Shown here: positions 1 through 12,164 of the stretch, one piece after another | Numbering within the stretch: the stretch's first letter is position 1 | Layout: each line of letters opens with the position of its first letter | Assembly: GCA_964016885.1 (NCBI GenBank) | Contig: OZ024742.1 | Span: forward strand, 364,374,001-364,438,000 | DNA length: 64,000 nucleotides | Direction: 5' to 3' | Source: Eledone cirrhosa | Lineage: Eukaryota | The notes under the pieces: generated by a model | Database searches by the model: none | What the model was told of the DNA's origin: nothing | Seen by the model: only the letters and a program-made list of their open reading frames with translations | Program-made: the position numbers and the translations under genes

Positions 1-14
1 TATTTATTGCGTGG

Positions 15-305
15 GAAGCTCGTGGTTCAAGGATTTTGAGGTTCGTTTCACCTTTGTAATATCATGGCTTCGAAATCCAGCGGTGTTCTGTGCTCCTGAG
101 TAAGACATTTTATTTCGTATGGATTTAGTCCACTTAGCTGTCAATATCAGTTGTATCTGCAATTCAAAGAACCAGTCTTAGCATATCAAATGTTAAACTG
201 AATCTCCCTGAGTACTATGTTAATCTTCCAGGTGACTGTCACTCGCATGTGAATTTCACCATCAGTTTCTTCCCTTGATCGAATCAACTGGTACAGGTAT
301 CGTCA
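15..305 (+). mobile_element. Degenerate SINE remnant
   Basis: B-box-like GGTTCGTTTC followed by 'cctgagtaagacattttatttc' and 'ctgaatctccctgag', resembling mollusc/octopus SINE bodies (recalled, not searched); ends at a (CA)n tract. Confidence 0.45.
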
Positions 306-319
306 GAAATATATTTCGA

Positions 320-566
320 ACATACATACACACACACACACACATACATGCACACACATATATATAAACACATACACACTTACATACACACAGATAAACA
401 TATATACGCATACACACATATATACACACACACATACATACACACACAAAACATACATGCACACACACACACACACATATATACACACACACATACACAT
501 GTACATACACACACACACACACACACACTTACACACACATACAAACACATACACATACGCACAGAT

Positions 567-620
<54 letters not shown>
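320..620. repeat. Compound (CA)n/(TA)n microsatellite
   Basis: Directly visible; the HT/CV/YI ORFs here are artefacts. Confidence 0.95.
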
Positions 621-623
<3 letters not shown>

Positions 624-1037
624 TAAAAGGAAAAGAAAATGCTGACAAATTGTTCCCAGTGAAAAATAGTTTAATTAGGAATAAGTAAAAATTAGTAATA
701 AGTATTGGTTAGTATTCAGTTTTAGATTTAAGTTTTTACCGGTTGCGCATTTCTAATGCTTTTAAAAAATAATTTTGAGATAGAGCGCCCGTGATGTTTG
801 CTCCAATCTGAGATTAGAGCAAACATCACGGGCGCTCTATCTCAAAATTATTTTTGAAAAGCATTAGAAATGCGCAACCGGTAAAAACTTAAATCTAAAA
901 CTGAATACTAACCAATACTTATTACTAATTTTTACTCTTATTCCTAATTAAACTATTTTTCACTGGGAACAATTTGTTAGCATTTTCTTTTCCTTTTACC
1001 AATATATCACAACTCGTGTGTCACACCTCTATTCTTT

Positions 1038-1041
<4 letters not shown>
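617..1041. mobile_element. Fold-back palindromic insert between (TA)n tracts (family A)
   Basis: Arms ~617-809 and ~811-1007 are near-perfect reverse complements; the right arm has a ~35 nt extension. A single-arm copy lies at 30181-30403. Confidence 0.85.
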
Positions 1042-1076
<35 letters not shown>

Positions 1077-1451
1077 ATAATAATAAAATTGAAGACTAAA
1101 ATCCAAAGAGGGCTCGATAAGGAAAATATATATCAAATATATAAGAACCGAAGAGCAAATATTTATTAAAATAACAGATTAAAGTTTAAGCAAAGAATCG
1201 CTGCTTTCACCCTTAACGGGATCTTCTGAAACTAACAAAGTCAATCTGTAAACGCAGTACTGGATATTTCAAAAAACGTTGCAACCGGAGGAAGACAGGA
1301 AGACGATACTTTGGTTCATGGTGACGTTCGCTGGCAAAGAACGGGAAAAAAATGAATAATACGTCATTAATAGGAGCGGTGAAAAACAATTACGCGCAAA
1401 GACAGAACCACGTTTATGGTATAAAAGAGGTCGTAGACTAATGTTCTCTAA

Positions 1452-2258
1452 GTGGTGCATAGAGACGTTCTCTGTAGGGGGAAAATGCTTCGTAATAAGG
1501 GAAAGAAAGATCTTGGATTTGTCGATAGGGTAGCATATACAGAGTACGAGAATAGACCTAGAAGAAATAGATCCCGTCGCATTTGTTGGTTTAACCCACC
1601 ATATAATATGGAGGTGGCCACACCATTAGCTAAGATCTTTCTTTCCCTTATTACGAAGCATTTTCCCCCTACACATAAATATAGTAAAATTTTTAATAGA
1701 AACACTATTAAAATGTCTTACTCTACGACTCCTAACCTTGCACATAACATCATAGCTTCAAATTTAGCTAAACTACCTAGCCGTAGGAACACGTGCAACC
1801 CTGTAGTTAGTACTAACTGTAATTATAGGAATAGGGCTGATTGTCCCCTATCCGGAAAATGCCTCTCTAGTAACATTGTCTACAAATGTAAGGTTGTAAC
1901 ACCCACGTCCCGTAGGGCCTACATAGGGTTAACCGCCAATAGTTTCAAACAGCGTCTTTACATGCATACCCATTCTTTTCGTTACCCTCTAAGAAGGAAT
2001 ATGACGTCACTTTCAGCTTATATCTGGAGTCTAAAAGACAACCACACCCAATATAAGTTACACTGGGAGATCCTAGCTAGGGCTAGATCGTATAACGGAA
2101 ATAAAAGACCTTATGACCTCTGCACCGCTGAGGCCCTGGAAATACTCTACGCCACAGACCACATCTTAAACAAAAAATCTGAGGCAATTTCGGCTTGTAA
2201 ACATAAATTGCACAAAACTTTCCTGTATTACAGCCCCACGTTATACCCTAACGGATAG
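1452..2258 (+). pseudogene. PLE C-terminal linker plus GIY-YIG endonuclease (RT lost)
   Basis: Motifs CWFNPPYN, KIFNRNTIKMSYS, CNYRNRADCPLSGKC, IVYKC...AYIG, DLCTAE, LNKKSE..ACKH. Confidence 0.88.
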
Positions 2259-3185
2259 CACGATCTATACGTGGATATTTTACGTCTTGATGTGGGAGCT
2301 AAGTATATGTTTTGTTTATTCCTTTACTTATTTGCATAGGTAAGTATATATTACCCGTATGTTTTGTGAAGGTATGTATACCTTCTCGTACGTATATTTG
2401 ACTGTTACGGCGTATCATTTTTACATATTCTGGTATTTAGGGTTTGGTTATGTGTATATGGGAGTTTTTCGTCTGCGTGAGTCTGCAGGTTCGTACGTAT
2501 GGTGGGTGTGTGTACATGTGTACTTCTTGTTTTAGTTGACTTACGTCTCCGAACCTTCGTGTATTTATTTGTAGGTATGTGTATGCACTTGTTATATACG
2601 TATTTATTTACTTATATACGTTTATATAATTATTTATTTATTTGTACACAAGCATACGCACATACACATATTTATATGTGCGTGGATTTGTATACCTATG
2701 GTAAGGTTTTGCGTATGTTTGTGTATGTACGTATCTGTTTGCGCGTATGTATTTATTTGTTTCTATTACTTCAGTATTGTATTTATTTACTTTGTTCTTA
2801 ACTCTGTAGCGGAGATTCATTCGGTCTCCTAGTTAGAATTTTAGTCTACAACTTCTGCTATACCATTTACGTGGTTTTGTCTTTGTGTGCTATTGTTCTC
2901 CACGCTCCACATATGACTTATTATCTTCGTTTTTTCGTTCATCGCCAGAGAACGTCTCTATGCACCACTTAGAGAACATTAGTCTACGACCTCTTTTATA
3001 CCATAAACGTGGTTCTGTCTTTGCGCGTAATTGTTTTTCACCGCTCCTATTAATGACGTATTATTCGTTTTTTCCCGTTCTTTGCCAGCGAACGTCACCA
3101 TGAACCAAAGTATCGTCTTCCTGTCTTCCTCCGGTTGCAACGTTTTTTGAAATATCCAATACTGCGTTTACAGATTGACTTTGTT

Positions 3186-3236
3186 AGTTTCAGAAGATCC
3201 CGTTAAGGGTGAAAGCAGTGATTCTTTGCTTAAACT
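3186..3236 (+). ncRNA. Type I hammerhead ribozyme motif, A4 core variant (family P1)
   Basis: AGTTT-CAGAAGA-tCCC gttaa GGGt-GAAA-GCAG..TTGC-TT-AAACT. Mirror copy at 1183-1233 (-) and another copy at 20178-20228 (+). Confidence 0.7.
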
Positions 3237-3251
3237 TAAATCTGTTATTTT

Positions 3252-3327
<76 letters not shown>

Positions 3328-3329
<2 letters not shown>

Positions 3330-3515
3330 CGAAGGAATTGTGGTAAGGAACCAGAGGGACCATAACGCACCAAAGTACTCAATACTTAGGGTAGTAGAGT
3401 GGGTAATAGGAGCAAGTATGACCCCGACGACAGAGCCCAAGCCGTTTCGACGGCTATTTCTGGACCAGAAATAGCGGTCGAAACGGCTTGAGCTCTCCCG
3501 TCGGGGTCATACTTG

Positions 3516-3518
<3 letters not shown>
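3328..3518 (-). mobile_element. ~190 bp hairpin derivative of the family B PLE 3' end
   Basis: Matches 13816-13952; folds back at ~3464 (ttctggaccagaa). Confidence 0.85.
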
Positions 3519-3572
<54 letters not shown>

Positions 3573-4107
3573 AAATGGGGAGAAGAATACTGCAGGTTGC
3601 ACATGGATAACATGTAATAAAATGAGTCCCTCATCAGTGATTTGCCGACGATCATAGATATTTCATTGCATTAAAAATCATATACCTCACGTCGGTGCAA
3701 TAATAACTAAATTAAGTTATTAGGACAATTAAAACGCGTAAAGCGAGTGAGACAAGTAAACAACAAAGAGGAGAGCTAACCGTAGAGAGGAAGAAAACAA
3801 GCTACATATTTATTCTGTTAGCATAAGCTAGGTGAATATATGAGCGCTTAGAAAAAAGACCTTTCGTGATGAATCCAAATGTGAGAAAGAAAGAAAATGT
3901 TTTCGTCGCGAACGGGTGAAGTGAGAAGGGGAGAAACAGTGAGTGAGTGAGTGGAAGTGTGAGGAAGAGTTAACTGACATGACGGAGGGGCGAAAGAAAG
4001 TAGGAATATATATATATATATTGAGTGGTTGAATAGTTCTAAGTTGGCGAGGAGCTGTCTCTTGTATGTTATAAAGTAATATTCACAAGAGACATTTTAT
4101 AGCGGGT

Positions 4108-5351
4108 CAGCCTGATTGTGTAGTCACTGTGTTTACTAATACAGCAGCCTGGTTGTGTAGTCACTGTGTTTACTGATACAGCAGTCTGGTTGTGTAGTCA
4201 CTGAGTTTACTGATACAGCAGCCTAGTTGTGTAGTCACTGTGTTTACTGATACAGCAGCCTGGTTGTGTACCACTGTGTTTACTGATACAGCAGCCTGGT
4301 TGTGTAGTCACTGTGTTTACTGATACAGCAGCCTGGTTGTGTAGTCACTGTGTTTACTAATACAGCAGCCTGGTTGTGTAGTCACTGTGTTTACTAATAC
4401 AGCAGTCTGGTTGTGTAGTCACTGTGTTTACTGATACAGTAGCCTGGTTGTGTAGTCACTGTGTTTACTAATACAGCAGCCTGGTTGTGTAGTCACTGTG
4501 TTTACTGATACAGTAGCCTGGTTGTGTAGTCACTGTGTTTACTGATACAGCAGCCTGGTTGTGCAGTCACTGTGTTTACGGATACAGCAGTCTAGTTGTG
4601 TAGTCACTGTGTTTACTGATACAGCAGCCTGGTTGTGTAGCACTGTGTTTACTAATACAGCAGTCTGGTTGTGTAGTCACTGAGTTTACTGATACAGCAG
4701 CCTAGTTGTGTAGTCACTGTGTTTACTGATACAGCAGCCTGGTTGTGTAGTCACTGTGTTTACTGATACAGCAGCCTGGTTGTGTACCACTGTGTTTACT
4801 GATACAGCAGCCTGGTTGTGTAGTCACTGTGTTTACTAATACTGCAGCCTGGTTATGTAGGCACTGTGTTTACTGATACAGCAGCCTGGTTGTGTAGTCA
4901 CTGTGTTTACTGATACAGCAGTCTGGTTGTGTAGTCACTGTGTTTACTGATACAGCAGCCTGGTTGTGTAGTCACTGTGTTTACTGATACAGCAGCCTGG
5001 TTGTGTACCACTGTGTTTACTGATACAGCAGCCTGGTTGTGTAGTCACTGTGTTTACTAATACAGCAGCCTGGTTGTGTAGTCACTGTGTTTACTAATAC
5101 TGCAGCCTGGTTATGTAGGCACTGTGTTTACTGATACAGCAGCCTGGTTGTGTAGTCACTGTGTTTACTGATACAGCAGCCTGGTTGTGTACCACTGTGT
5201 TTACTGATACAGCAGCCTGGTTGTGTACCACTGTGTTTACTAATACAGCAGCCTGGTTGTGTAGTCACTGTGTTTACTAATACTGCAGCCTGGTTATGTA
5301 GGCACTGTGTTTACTGATACAGCAGCCTGGTTGTGTAGTCACTGTGTTTAC
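4108..5351. repeat. 37-bp minisatellite, ~33 copies
   Basis: Unit CAGCAGCCTGGTTGTGTAGTCACTGTGTTTACTGATA, with some 35-36 bp variants; no spacers. Confidence 0.97.
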
Positions 5352-5385
5352 AGTGAAATATTGGGTAATTTTAGCATGAACTCAC

Positions 5386-5489
5386 ATTATATTGGCACTG
5401 ACCAGTTCGACAATGAACACTAACAGCCACAGCATCGCTAATATTAAAATATTTCTTGAAGTAATGTCCCTATATGTCGACATAGACAT
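5386..5489 (-). CDS. Candidate first coding exon of a host secreted or membrane protein (signal peptide)
   Basis: ACC-ATG context; encodes MSMSTYRDITSRNILILAMLWLLVFIVELVSANI; followed by a GTGAGT donor (5385-5380) in phase 2. Confidence 0.4.
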
Positions 5490-5648
5490 GGTTGACTGGT
5501 TAAGTAATTCGCTTTGCAGCCATGAAGTCCCTTGCTTGTTAGATATGCGAAGATCTTGGACAGATACCATTACAATTGTTTCGGGTTGACACAAGCATTG
5601 TGAGTGAAATTTTGTAACGGGAATCTGTTTGGGAGCCTACCGGAGGGA

Positions 5649-5990
5649 TTGTAGCTGTATACCAATCAAAGTTCCACCATATTTACATATAGAGGTAAGA
5701 TTTTACATATAGGGTACGGTATTTACATATAGGGGCACCATATTTACATATAGTGGTACAATATTTAAATATAGGCGTACAATATTTACATATAGGGGTA
5801 CAGTATTTACATATAGGTGTACGATAATTATATATAGGGGTGAGATATTTACATATACGGTACGGTATTTACATATAGGGGTAAGATATTTACATATAGG
5901 TGTACAATATTTATATATAGGGGTACGATATTGTAGCTGTATATCAATCAAAGTTCCACAATTGATACATATAAAGGTAAGATATTGTCG
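5649..5990. repeat. Degenerate 21-bp tandem repeat bracketed by a ~28 bp direct repeat
   Basis: Unit ~ATATTTACATATAGGGGTACA; 'ttgtagctgtatatcaatcaaagttccac' occurs at ~5649 and ~5931. Confidence 0.85.
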
Positions 5991-6995
5991 CCCCGCACAT
6001 CAATCAACAGTACACATGTATGCTTCAATAAACCCAATAAGCAGCCATTTCATACATTAATTCACAATTTGGAGGTTCTGTTGATAGCACCGAATGCTCA
6101 TCGTAGTAAACGATGCAGGATCCAACATACTTTTTATTGAAACATGAACAAAAACTTCAGTTCGAGAACGTTGTTAAATATTTAAATTATTTTTGTATCC
6201 ATCAAACAGAATATTATCAATATTTCGTAACTCTGTTTTCTATTCTACACATGTCAATGTTTTACGTGTTATGTCGAGCTGAGACAAATACATCATCAAA
6301 TGTTTTTGTTTCGCTTATTTGAAAAATAATAGACGCCTGCTTCGTATTCTTCTTCCTATTTTAAGATTCACAAAGCTGTTTCTTTGTTTGCATATGAAAT
6401 ATGTATTGGGTTGTAACATCTTATATATATATTATAAAGTGAGGTTTCTGTCTACTCTATTTCACTCATAACCTTTGGCTACTTAAGACGATATAACCGA
6501 AATGCTACTAAGTGGGATCGAACGTGTAACGTTATGAATGTAAAAGCAAGCTTCTGAGATTATGTTACAACTGTCGGTTTATCTTCAGTTGATCTGCTAC
6601 AACGAGGTTATTTATATGTAAGCAATGCATGTCTGCTAGCGGTTGTAATGCTTTTGCAACAAAAACGAAAACAAAAATAATGAAAAAAATAGTTTAATAA
6701 AACATCAACAATCCAGGAGCAAATTCTTAAATTCACTCTCAGACCCGGTCTTTTTTGTATTTCTGTCCAGTGAAAACTGAAGGACACAAGTTGCAGAAAG
6801 AACGACTAATGTACAAATGGTAATGTCATTGAGATTATAACGATGAAAAGTGGTAGAGTTAATGTCCCATGGATCACTATTTTATCAAGTACACTCGTGA
6901 CATGCATACATACATACATACATACATAATACATACATACATACATACATACATACATACACATATAAATATATACACATATAAATACATACATA

Positions 6996-7685
6996 CATAG
7001 ACAAGTTAGCCCCGACAACAAACACATTAAAAGCTACAGCAATGTGGAAGACGTACATATACATAATATGAAAGAGTAATGGTGGAATGTTCCAGTCAAA
7101 ACCCCAATAAAATGCAGGCATAACAGACCAGATATTATGATATGGGACAGGGAAAAGAAGGCATGCACACTAGTGGAATTAGCTGCCAACAGATGCCAAT
7201 ATAATATCAAAGATTAGCGAAAAGGAGAATATATATGCAGATCTAATGAGAAATCTGCAGATACTCCACCATGATTACACCTTCAGATTTATGCCTGTGA
7301 TTATTGGAGCACTGGGGTATGTTAGTAACTGCCTCAATACAAATCTTGAGAAGCTGGGGTTCACAGGAACAGAAAGAACAGAACTATTTCGGAAATTACA
7401 AGTACAATCCATTAATGGAACAGTAAAATTATGTAAAACATTCCAAAAATTCTGCATCTAATAACTGCACTTGTAAAGATTCAAAGATTATGCACATGCA
7501 CACATAACTAAACACATACATATCCATACAAATAATAACATCCATATCTACACATGCATGCAGGCATGCATACATAATCTACCTAGTTGATGTGTAAATT
7601 CCTATGAGAGAGTCTTGTAACTATGTTAGAAACCGACTTTCTCTCTATTGGCAAAAATTTGTGAAATTTTGAAAGCAGAAGAACA
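6996..7685 (+). mobile_element. 3' fragment of an RLE-type non-LTR retrotransposon (R4/Dong-like)
   Basis: Frameshifted HNRPDIMIWD...LVE...EKENIYADL...PVIIGALG restriction-like endonuclease; (TACA)n/(CA)n on both sides. Confidence 0.75.
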
Positions 7686-7770
7686 GACATACATACACAC
7701 GCACACACATACACACACACACACACACACGCACGCAGACACACACACATACATATATATATATTTATTC

Positions 7771-7851
<81 letters not shown>

Positions 7852-7924
7852 CATATATATAAAATACATACATATTTTAGATCATTTTTTATAAAAAGCC
7901 TCACACTATTTTAGATTTCAGCGC

Positions 7925-8052
7925 AACAAAAAATAACCACAATAACAACAACAGCAATAAACAACATTATCAACAACAACAACAATAACAGCAAGAATAA
8001 CAGCAAGAATAACAATAACAGCAAGAATAGCAACAACAACAACTACAACACT
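7925..8052. repeat. Degenerate (CAA/CAG)n microsatellite
   Basis: Directly visible. Confidence 0.85.
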
Positions 8053-8978
8053 GATGTAAGACATTTTGAGAGAGATTTCTGTTTAATTCTGACATTATAT
8101 AACTTTTGATAGATCTCATTACTAACCTATCATTCAATGTCATGAACAGTAACATATGTTAAAACATTGAGATAACGGAGATAATTACTGGTATGTAAGG
8201 TATTTAGAAAGAGAATTTGGCAGTGATTGATACCAGATTGTATTGTATTGACATTGATGAATGAAATAATGTAATGTGTGTTAACATCATCTATTATATT
8301 CCCACCTCATGGAGGGAGGGGCAATATTTCAGCAACGGCTAACGTTGAACATTTGTTTTAACTTGTCAAATGTATTTATATAAAATATTGGTTGGAATTT
8401 TGTTCTTCCATTTGATGAAAATGCAACAATGAAATTATTTTCTCAGTTGCATCTATAACGTATTAAATGTGTGTGAAATTGAAGGTTTTATGTGATATCT
8501 ATCATGTCAGGAAACCATGTATATCACAGAACATCATTTTCAATGGAATTCCAAAATATATCAAGGATATTACGTAACAGGATTTTAAGATATATTGGTA
8601 TTAAAAAAACATGCATCAGAAGTGGCGCATATGTCTAGATAGAAAGCAAGAAAATAGAATGTAATGGATCTCCATATATATCGAGGATGATTGCATCAGT
8701 TGTTTGATAAATGGCTGACCACCCCACAAACAATTCTTTGCTTAACTTGTTTCTTACGTAGATTCAGCAAAGTTTTTTCTTTGACTTACAAGTCCTGTAT
8801 ATTAAACAGAAGAAATTGAATGATAGGGGAGAATGGGAAGAGGAAGTATCAATACTTGACGGAGAAAAAGAGAAAAAGCATTACGTGTTTAGTCAAGTTG
8901 AGGCTTACTTAACACACAAGCCAAACCCGCTGGGTGCCGCGGTCGGATTTTAAATATCTCTTTCTCTCGCTCTCTGTG

Positions 8979-9014
<36 letters not shown>

Positions 9015-9235
9015 TATACAGTATTTACGTATCGAGAGAGAGAAAAAAGGGGAGGATAGGTGATACATATAGTTATTTGCCAGGTAGCGTATGCCGAAGG
9101 TGCTCGATCCTAGTGCCGGCAGTATTAAATATTCGAAATGTTAATATTTAGTGGGCTAGAGAATTAGCAGAGCGTAAGCACGTGGGAAAGTAAGAAATCG
9201 GAGAATAGAGCGTTAAAACATGTTTATTTAAAATA

Positions 9236-9275
9236 GCACCTACGTACGTTTCGCCCAGTTAGGCTTCTCAAGGGC
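9236..9275 (-). ncRNA. Minimal type I hammerhead motif with U3-A8 core (family C)
   Basis: Minus strand: GCCC-TTGAGAA-GCCT aact GGGC-GAAAC GTAC GTA-GGtGC; palindromic stem III ACGTACGT. Related copy at 47518-47557. Confidence 0.75.
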
Positions 9276-9646
9276 ATAAATAATTAAAAGTGTTCCTTAC
9301 ATTGTTCGGAAAGAGTTTTGGGGGTTAAATCCTCGTCAAGGTTCATTGCTCGCAAAAATAGCTCGTTTGATTTTGCAGCAGGTCAGGGGAGGTAACTCTG
9401 GCCGGTGTTAGGGCAGTCTTTCCCGGACAAATTTTTTTTTTATCCGCTACGAGATGAGGTTACAACCTTACGATTGTCGATACGCATGTAATCAACGCTT
9501 ATTTTGAGAGTTTCTTTTGCCGCATATGTTTGTCTGAGTCGTTTGAGGCGGGGTCTGGTATGCAAGGGTAGTTTCCTGAGTGTTATTTTGCAGCGCCTTC
9601 CCGCTGGGGTGTTAAGACTTGTTAAAGGGAGCTCCGGTGCACGGTT

Positions 9647-10608
9647 TCACTCCTCATCCTTAACCCACATGAAGAAGGATATTTTTAAGCGATGTTTACA
9701 ACTTATCGCTGTTTCAGCTCTGCTGTTGATGAGCTCGTGGGGTGCAGTGATTATGTGGTAGAGCTCCATGAGGCAAAGATCGCATTTCCTCTTGAAGTTG
9801 TACGGTGCAGCCCTGCCGACAATATCCCAGTCCGTGGAGAAGCTGATGTTTAAGTCCTTTAGTGATGTGATGTAGTCCGCGAGCGAAGTGGAGTGTCTTA
9901 TTTTTTTATTTGTGAAAGAGTGGAGATGTGTTCGAAACCTAATTTTGAACAGGCCGGAGGTAGCCCCTATATAATGTTTAACGCTATTGTGGCTAGTTAT
10001 AGTGCATCTATATATAACCCTATCAGTCAAGCAGTATCCTCTAAGGGGGCGGCGTCCTCTGTCGCGGCAGTTGCAATTTCTGTCGCGGTTCTGTCTATTT
10101 CCCACGGTAAGGCTATCATTGTTGCTGTCTACGTTGTTACCTACGCTACCGCAGCTGTCGTTAGTACCATTACAACCCACAGCACGCGGGGTGGTGCGAT
10201 TGTTATTCCGCACGTCATGTCCTGCATGTTCCCCAGTCATTTCGCGGTTATGCTGGTTGCGTCTGCGGATGCCGTTGCCAACACTATTGGATGCTGCCAG
10301 GGCGTTGTTAAGGCCGATATAGTTATTGTCAGGTGTAGGTGCGTCTGAGTCGAGGTGCTGTGGTTCGTTGTTCCTATGATGTCTGCTAGGTTAGGAGTAG
10401 TAGAGAAGGATATTTTTATATTGTTCCTATTAAGAATTTTTCTATACCTATGGTTGGGAGGGAAGTTCTTCTCTAAGGCTTCGAAGAACATCCGGGCTAT
10501 GTTGGAGGCCACACTCCGAGAGTAGGGGGGCGACCATAGGACGTTACGGTGGCGATTACGTGTCCTTGTACGTTTGCTACGGGTGGTTCCATCTACGGGT
10601 GGTTCCAT
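9647..10608 (-). pseudogene. PLE linker plus GIY-YIG endonuclease (disrupted, with expanded linker)
   Basis: LWSPPYS, KILNRNNIKISFS, CNCRDRGRRPL, VIYRC...HYIG, CDLCLME, SCKH. Confidence 0.85.
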
Positions 10609-10887
10609 CTAATGCGCAGTCGCCCGTTCGGTGCCCCTTTCACTTTATGCTCGAGTGCACTCTTCCTACCACTTCCATGTTTATGTACAGGAAGATGTTG
10701 GTTGGAAGGCGTTGGTAGTAGGCCGTCGCCTTTGTTGGTTTTGTAATAGGGGAATAGTTCGAGTAATCTACAGTGGTCACCGTCGCCGGGGTCCTGATCT
10801 TTAGTGCGGTTATCTATTCTATTATATCCGACTTCAACGAGGTCGCCGCGTGATCGGTTATAGGTATGGCTTACTATAACGTTCGTT

Positions 10888-11970
10888 TTATGAGGGGGGG
10901 TTGTTTCTAGAGATAGCGTTAGGGATGTAGGAAATTCCTCGGTTAAAGCCGGCGCTTATCAAGGCCCTATTGTAGTAATCTGCCGCTTGGTTGAAGATAT
11001 TCTCATTGGCGGATAGCCTCGAGATTCTATGTGAGATACTATAGACTATGGAGTTGAGAGTCTGCTTAGGGTGGTTGGAGGCATAATTAATATAAGATAG
11101 GCACTCTCCAGGCTTATGGTATGGCTTGTATAAGCCCGTACTCAACTCCAGGGTCACGTCCAGGAAGTTGACAACCTTGTGGTTGAGGTCCATAGTTACG
11201 GATGGGCCGTATGACTTGAAGAACCTGTGTATATGTTTGATAAGGTTCTCTATCCTACGGGGGCTATGGTTCCTAACGGTAAACAGGGCGTCGTCCCTAT
11301 ATACACCTCCTTGTAGGGCCGGTATCTCTTCCCTAAGCTTATGTAGGAGGTATATCCCGACCAGGTCAGTTGCTTGCGCTGAGTTACTGGACCCCATCGT
11401 GACATCGAAGTTATCAGGACGGTTGGTTCTGGTCCAGTGGGAGCCTTCGAACTGGATAATGGTTCTACGCGCCGCTAGAACTATGTCTATTTCTTTTTTA
11501 GTGAGGCTAGTGTTAGATTTAGCTAAGATAAGTGCCTTATTTAAGAGTATGGGGGAGATAGAGGCGTAGTAACTATCTATGTCAAACTGGATGAACATCA
11601 GAGTGGCTTTATCCGGCAACTCGGTGAACCTATTTATGACCTGGTCGGTGTTGCCCCAGAGGCAGACCTTAGCCTTTCTATTAAGCTCCAGTAGTACTCT
11701 GCCGAGGATCACTTTACTAATCTTACCTATATCTGATGTAGAGGGGCATAATAGTCTAATAGAGGGGCTTTCATTAAAGTCATATTTGTGATCCTTAAGA
11801 GAGAATTTAGGGGTCAGAGAGACGTACGGGTTAGTGTACTTTTCTATTTCTAAGCTGGTGACTATATCCTTCCCTACTCTATTTATGTCATTTAGGGTAC
11901 TAGAGGGTGTCTTTTTGTAGTATTTGTGTAGTTCCTTATAGTTGAATTTTTTATACTTACTCGCGTCCAT
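10888..11970 (-). pseudogene. PLE reverse transcriptase
   Basis: FIQFDIDSYYASI, FDVTMGS, VYRDD, VNFLDVTL, YKPYHKP, SNHP motifs. Confidence 0.92.
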
Positions 11971-12030
11971 CTTGTACAGCTTTTTGGGTTTGTCGGAGGT
12001 GACGAAGAGGTGCGGGTCATCCTTGATCTT

Positions 12031-12164
12031 ATCATTTTACGATCGTTTCTAGGATATATATGTGTGTTGGTATGTATATCATATAGATATATGTAAAAAT
12101 ATTACAAACTATCAGAGGAAATATACATACCTTCACATATATATATGCTGTCTTCAGAAATGAT
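12031..12164 (-). ncRNA. Type I hammerhead motif with long stem II (family D)
   Basis: ATCATTT-CTGAAGA-~100 nt-GAAAC GATC GTA-AAATGAT; the sense copy at 13211-13342 has GCA at the cleavage triplet. Confidence 0.75.

Larger units (their letters stand above)
1075..3257 (+). mobile_element. 5'-truncated Penelope-like element (Naiad-like, family P1) with inverted pseudo-LTR
   Basis: GIY-YIG ORF 1452-2258; 1163-1474 is the reverse complement of 2946-3257; (TA)n on both sides. Confidence 0.9.
9020..12030 (-). mobile_element. 5'-truncated Penelope-like element (Naiad-like, family C)
   Basis: RT at 10888-11970 and GIY-YIG at 9647-10608; HHR and AATAAA near the 3' end; terminates at (TA)n. Confidence 0.92.

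Noticed and set aside
805-860. Hammerhead in family A
   Set aside because: A stem II-like hairpin is present, but the core and stem III are not recoverable in either copy.
3625-3730. CTGATGA on the minus strand and an HDV-like ACC-TCACGTC-GGT on the plus strand
   Set aside because: Could not complete either the hammerhead stems or the HDV P1/P2 pairing by eye.
4108-5351. CRISPR-like 37-bp repeats
   Set aside because: Units are contiguous with no unique spacers, there are no cas genes, and the context is eukaryotic.
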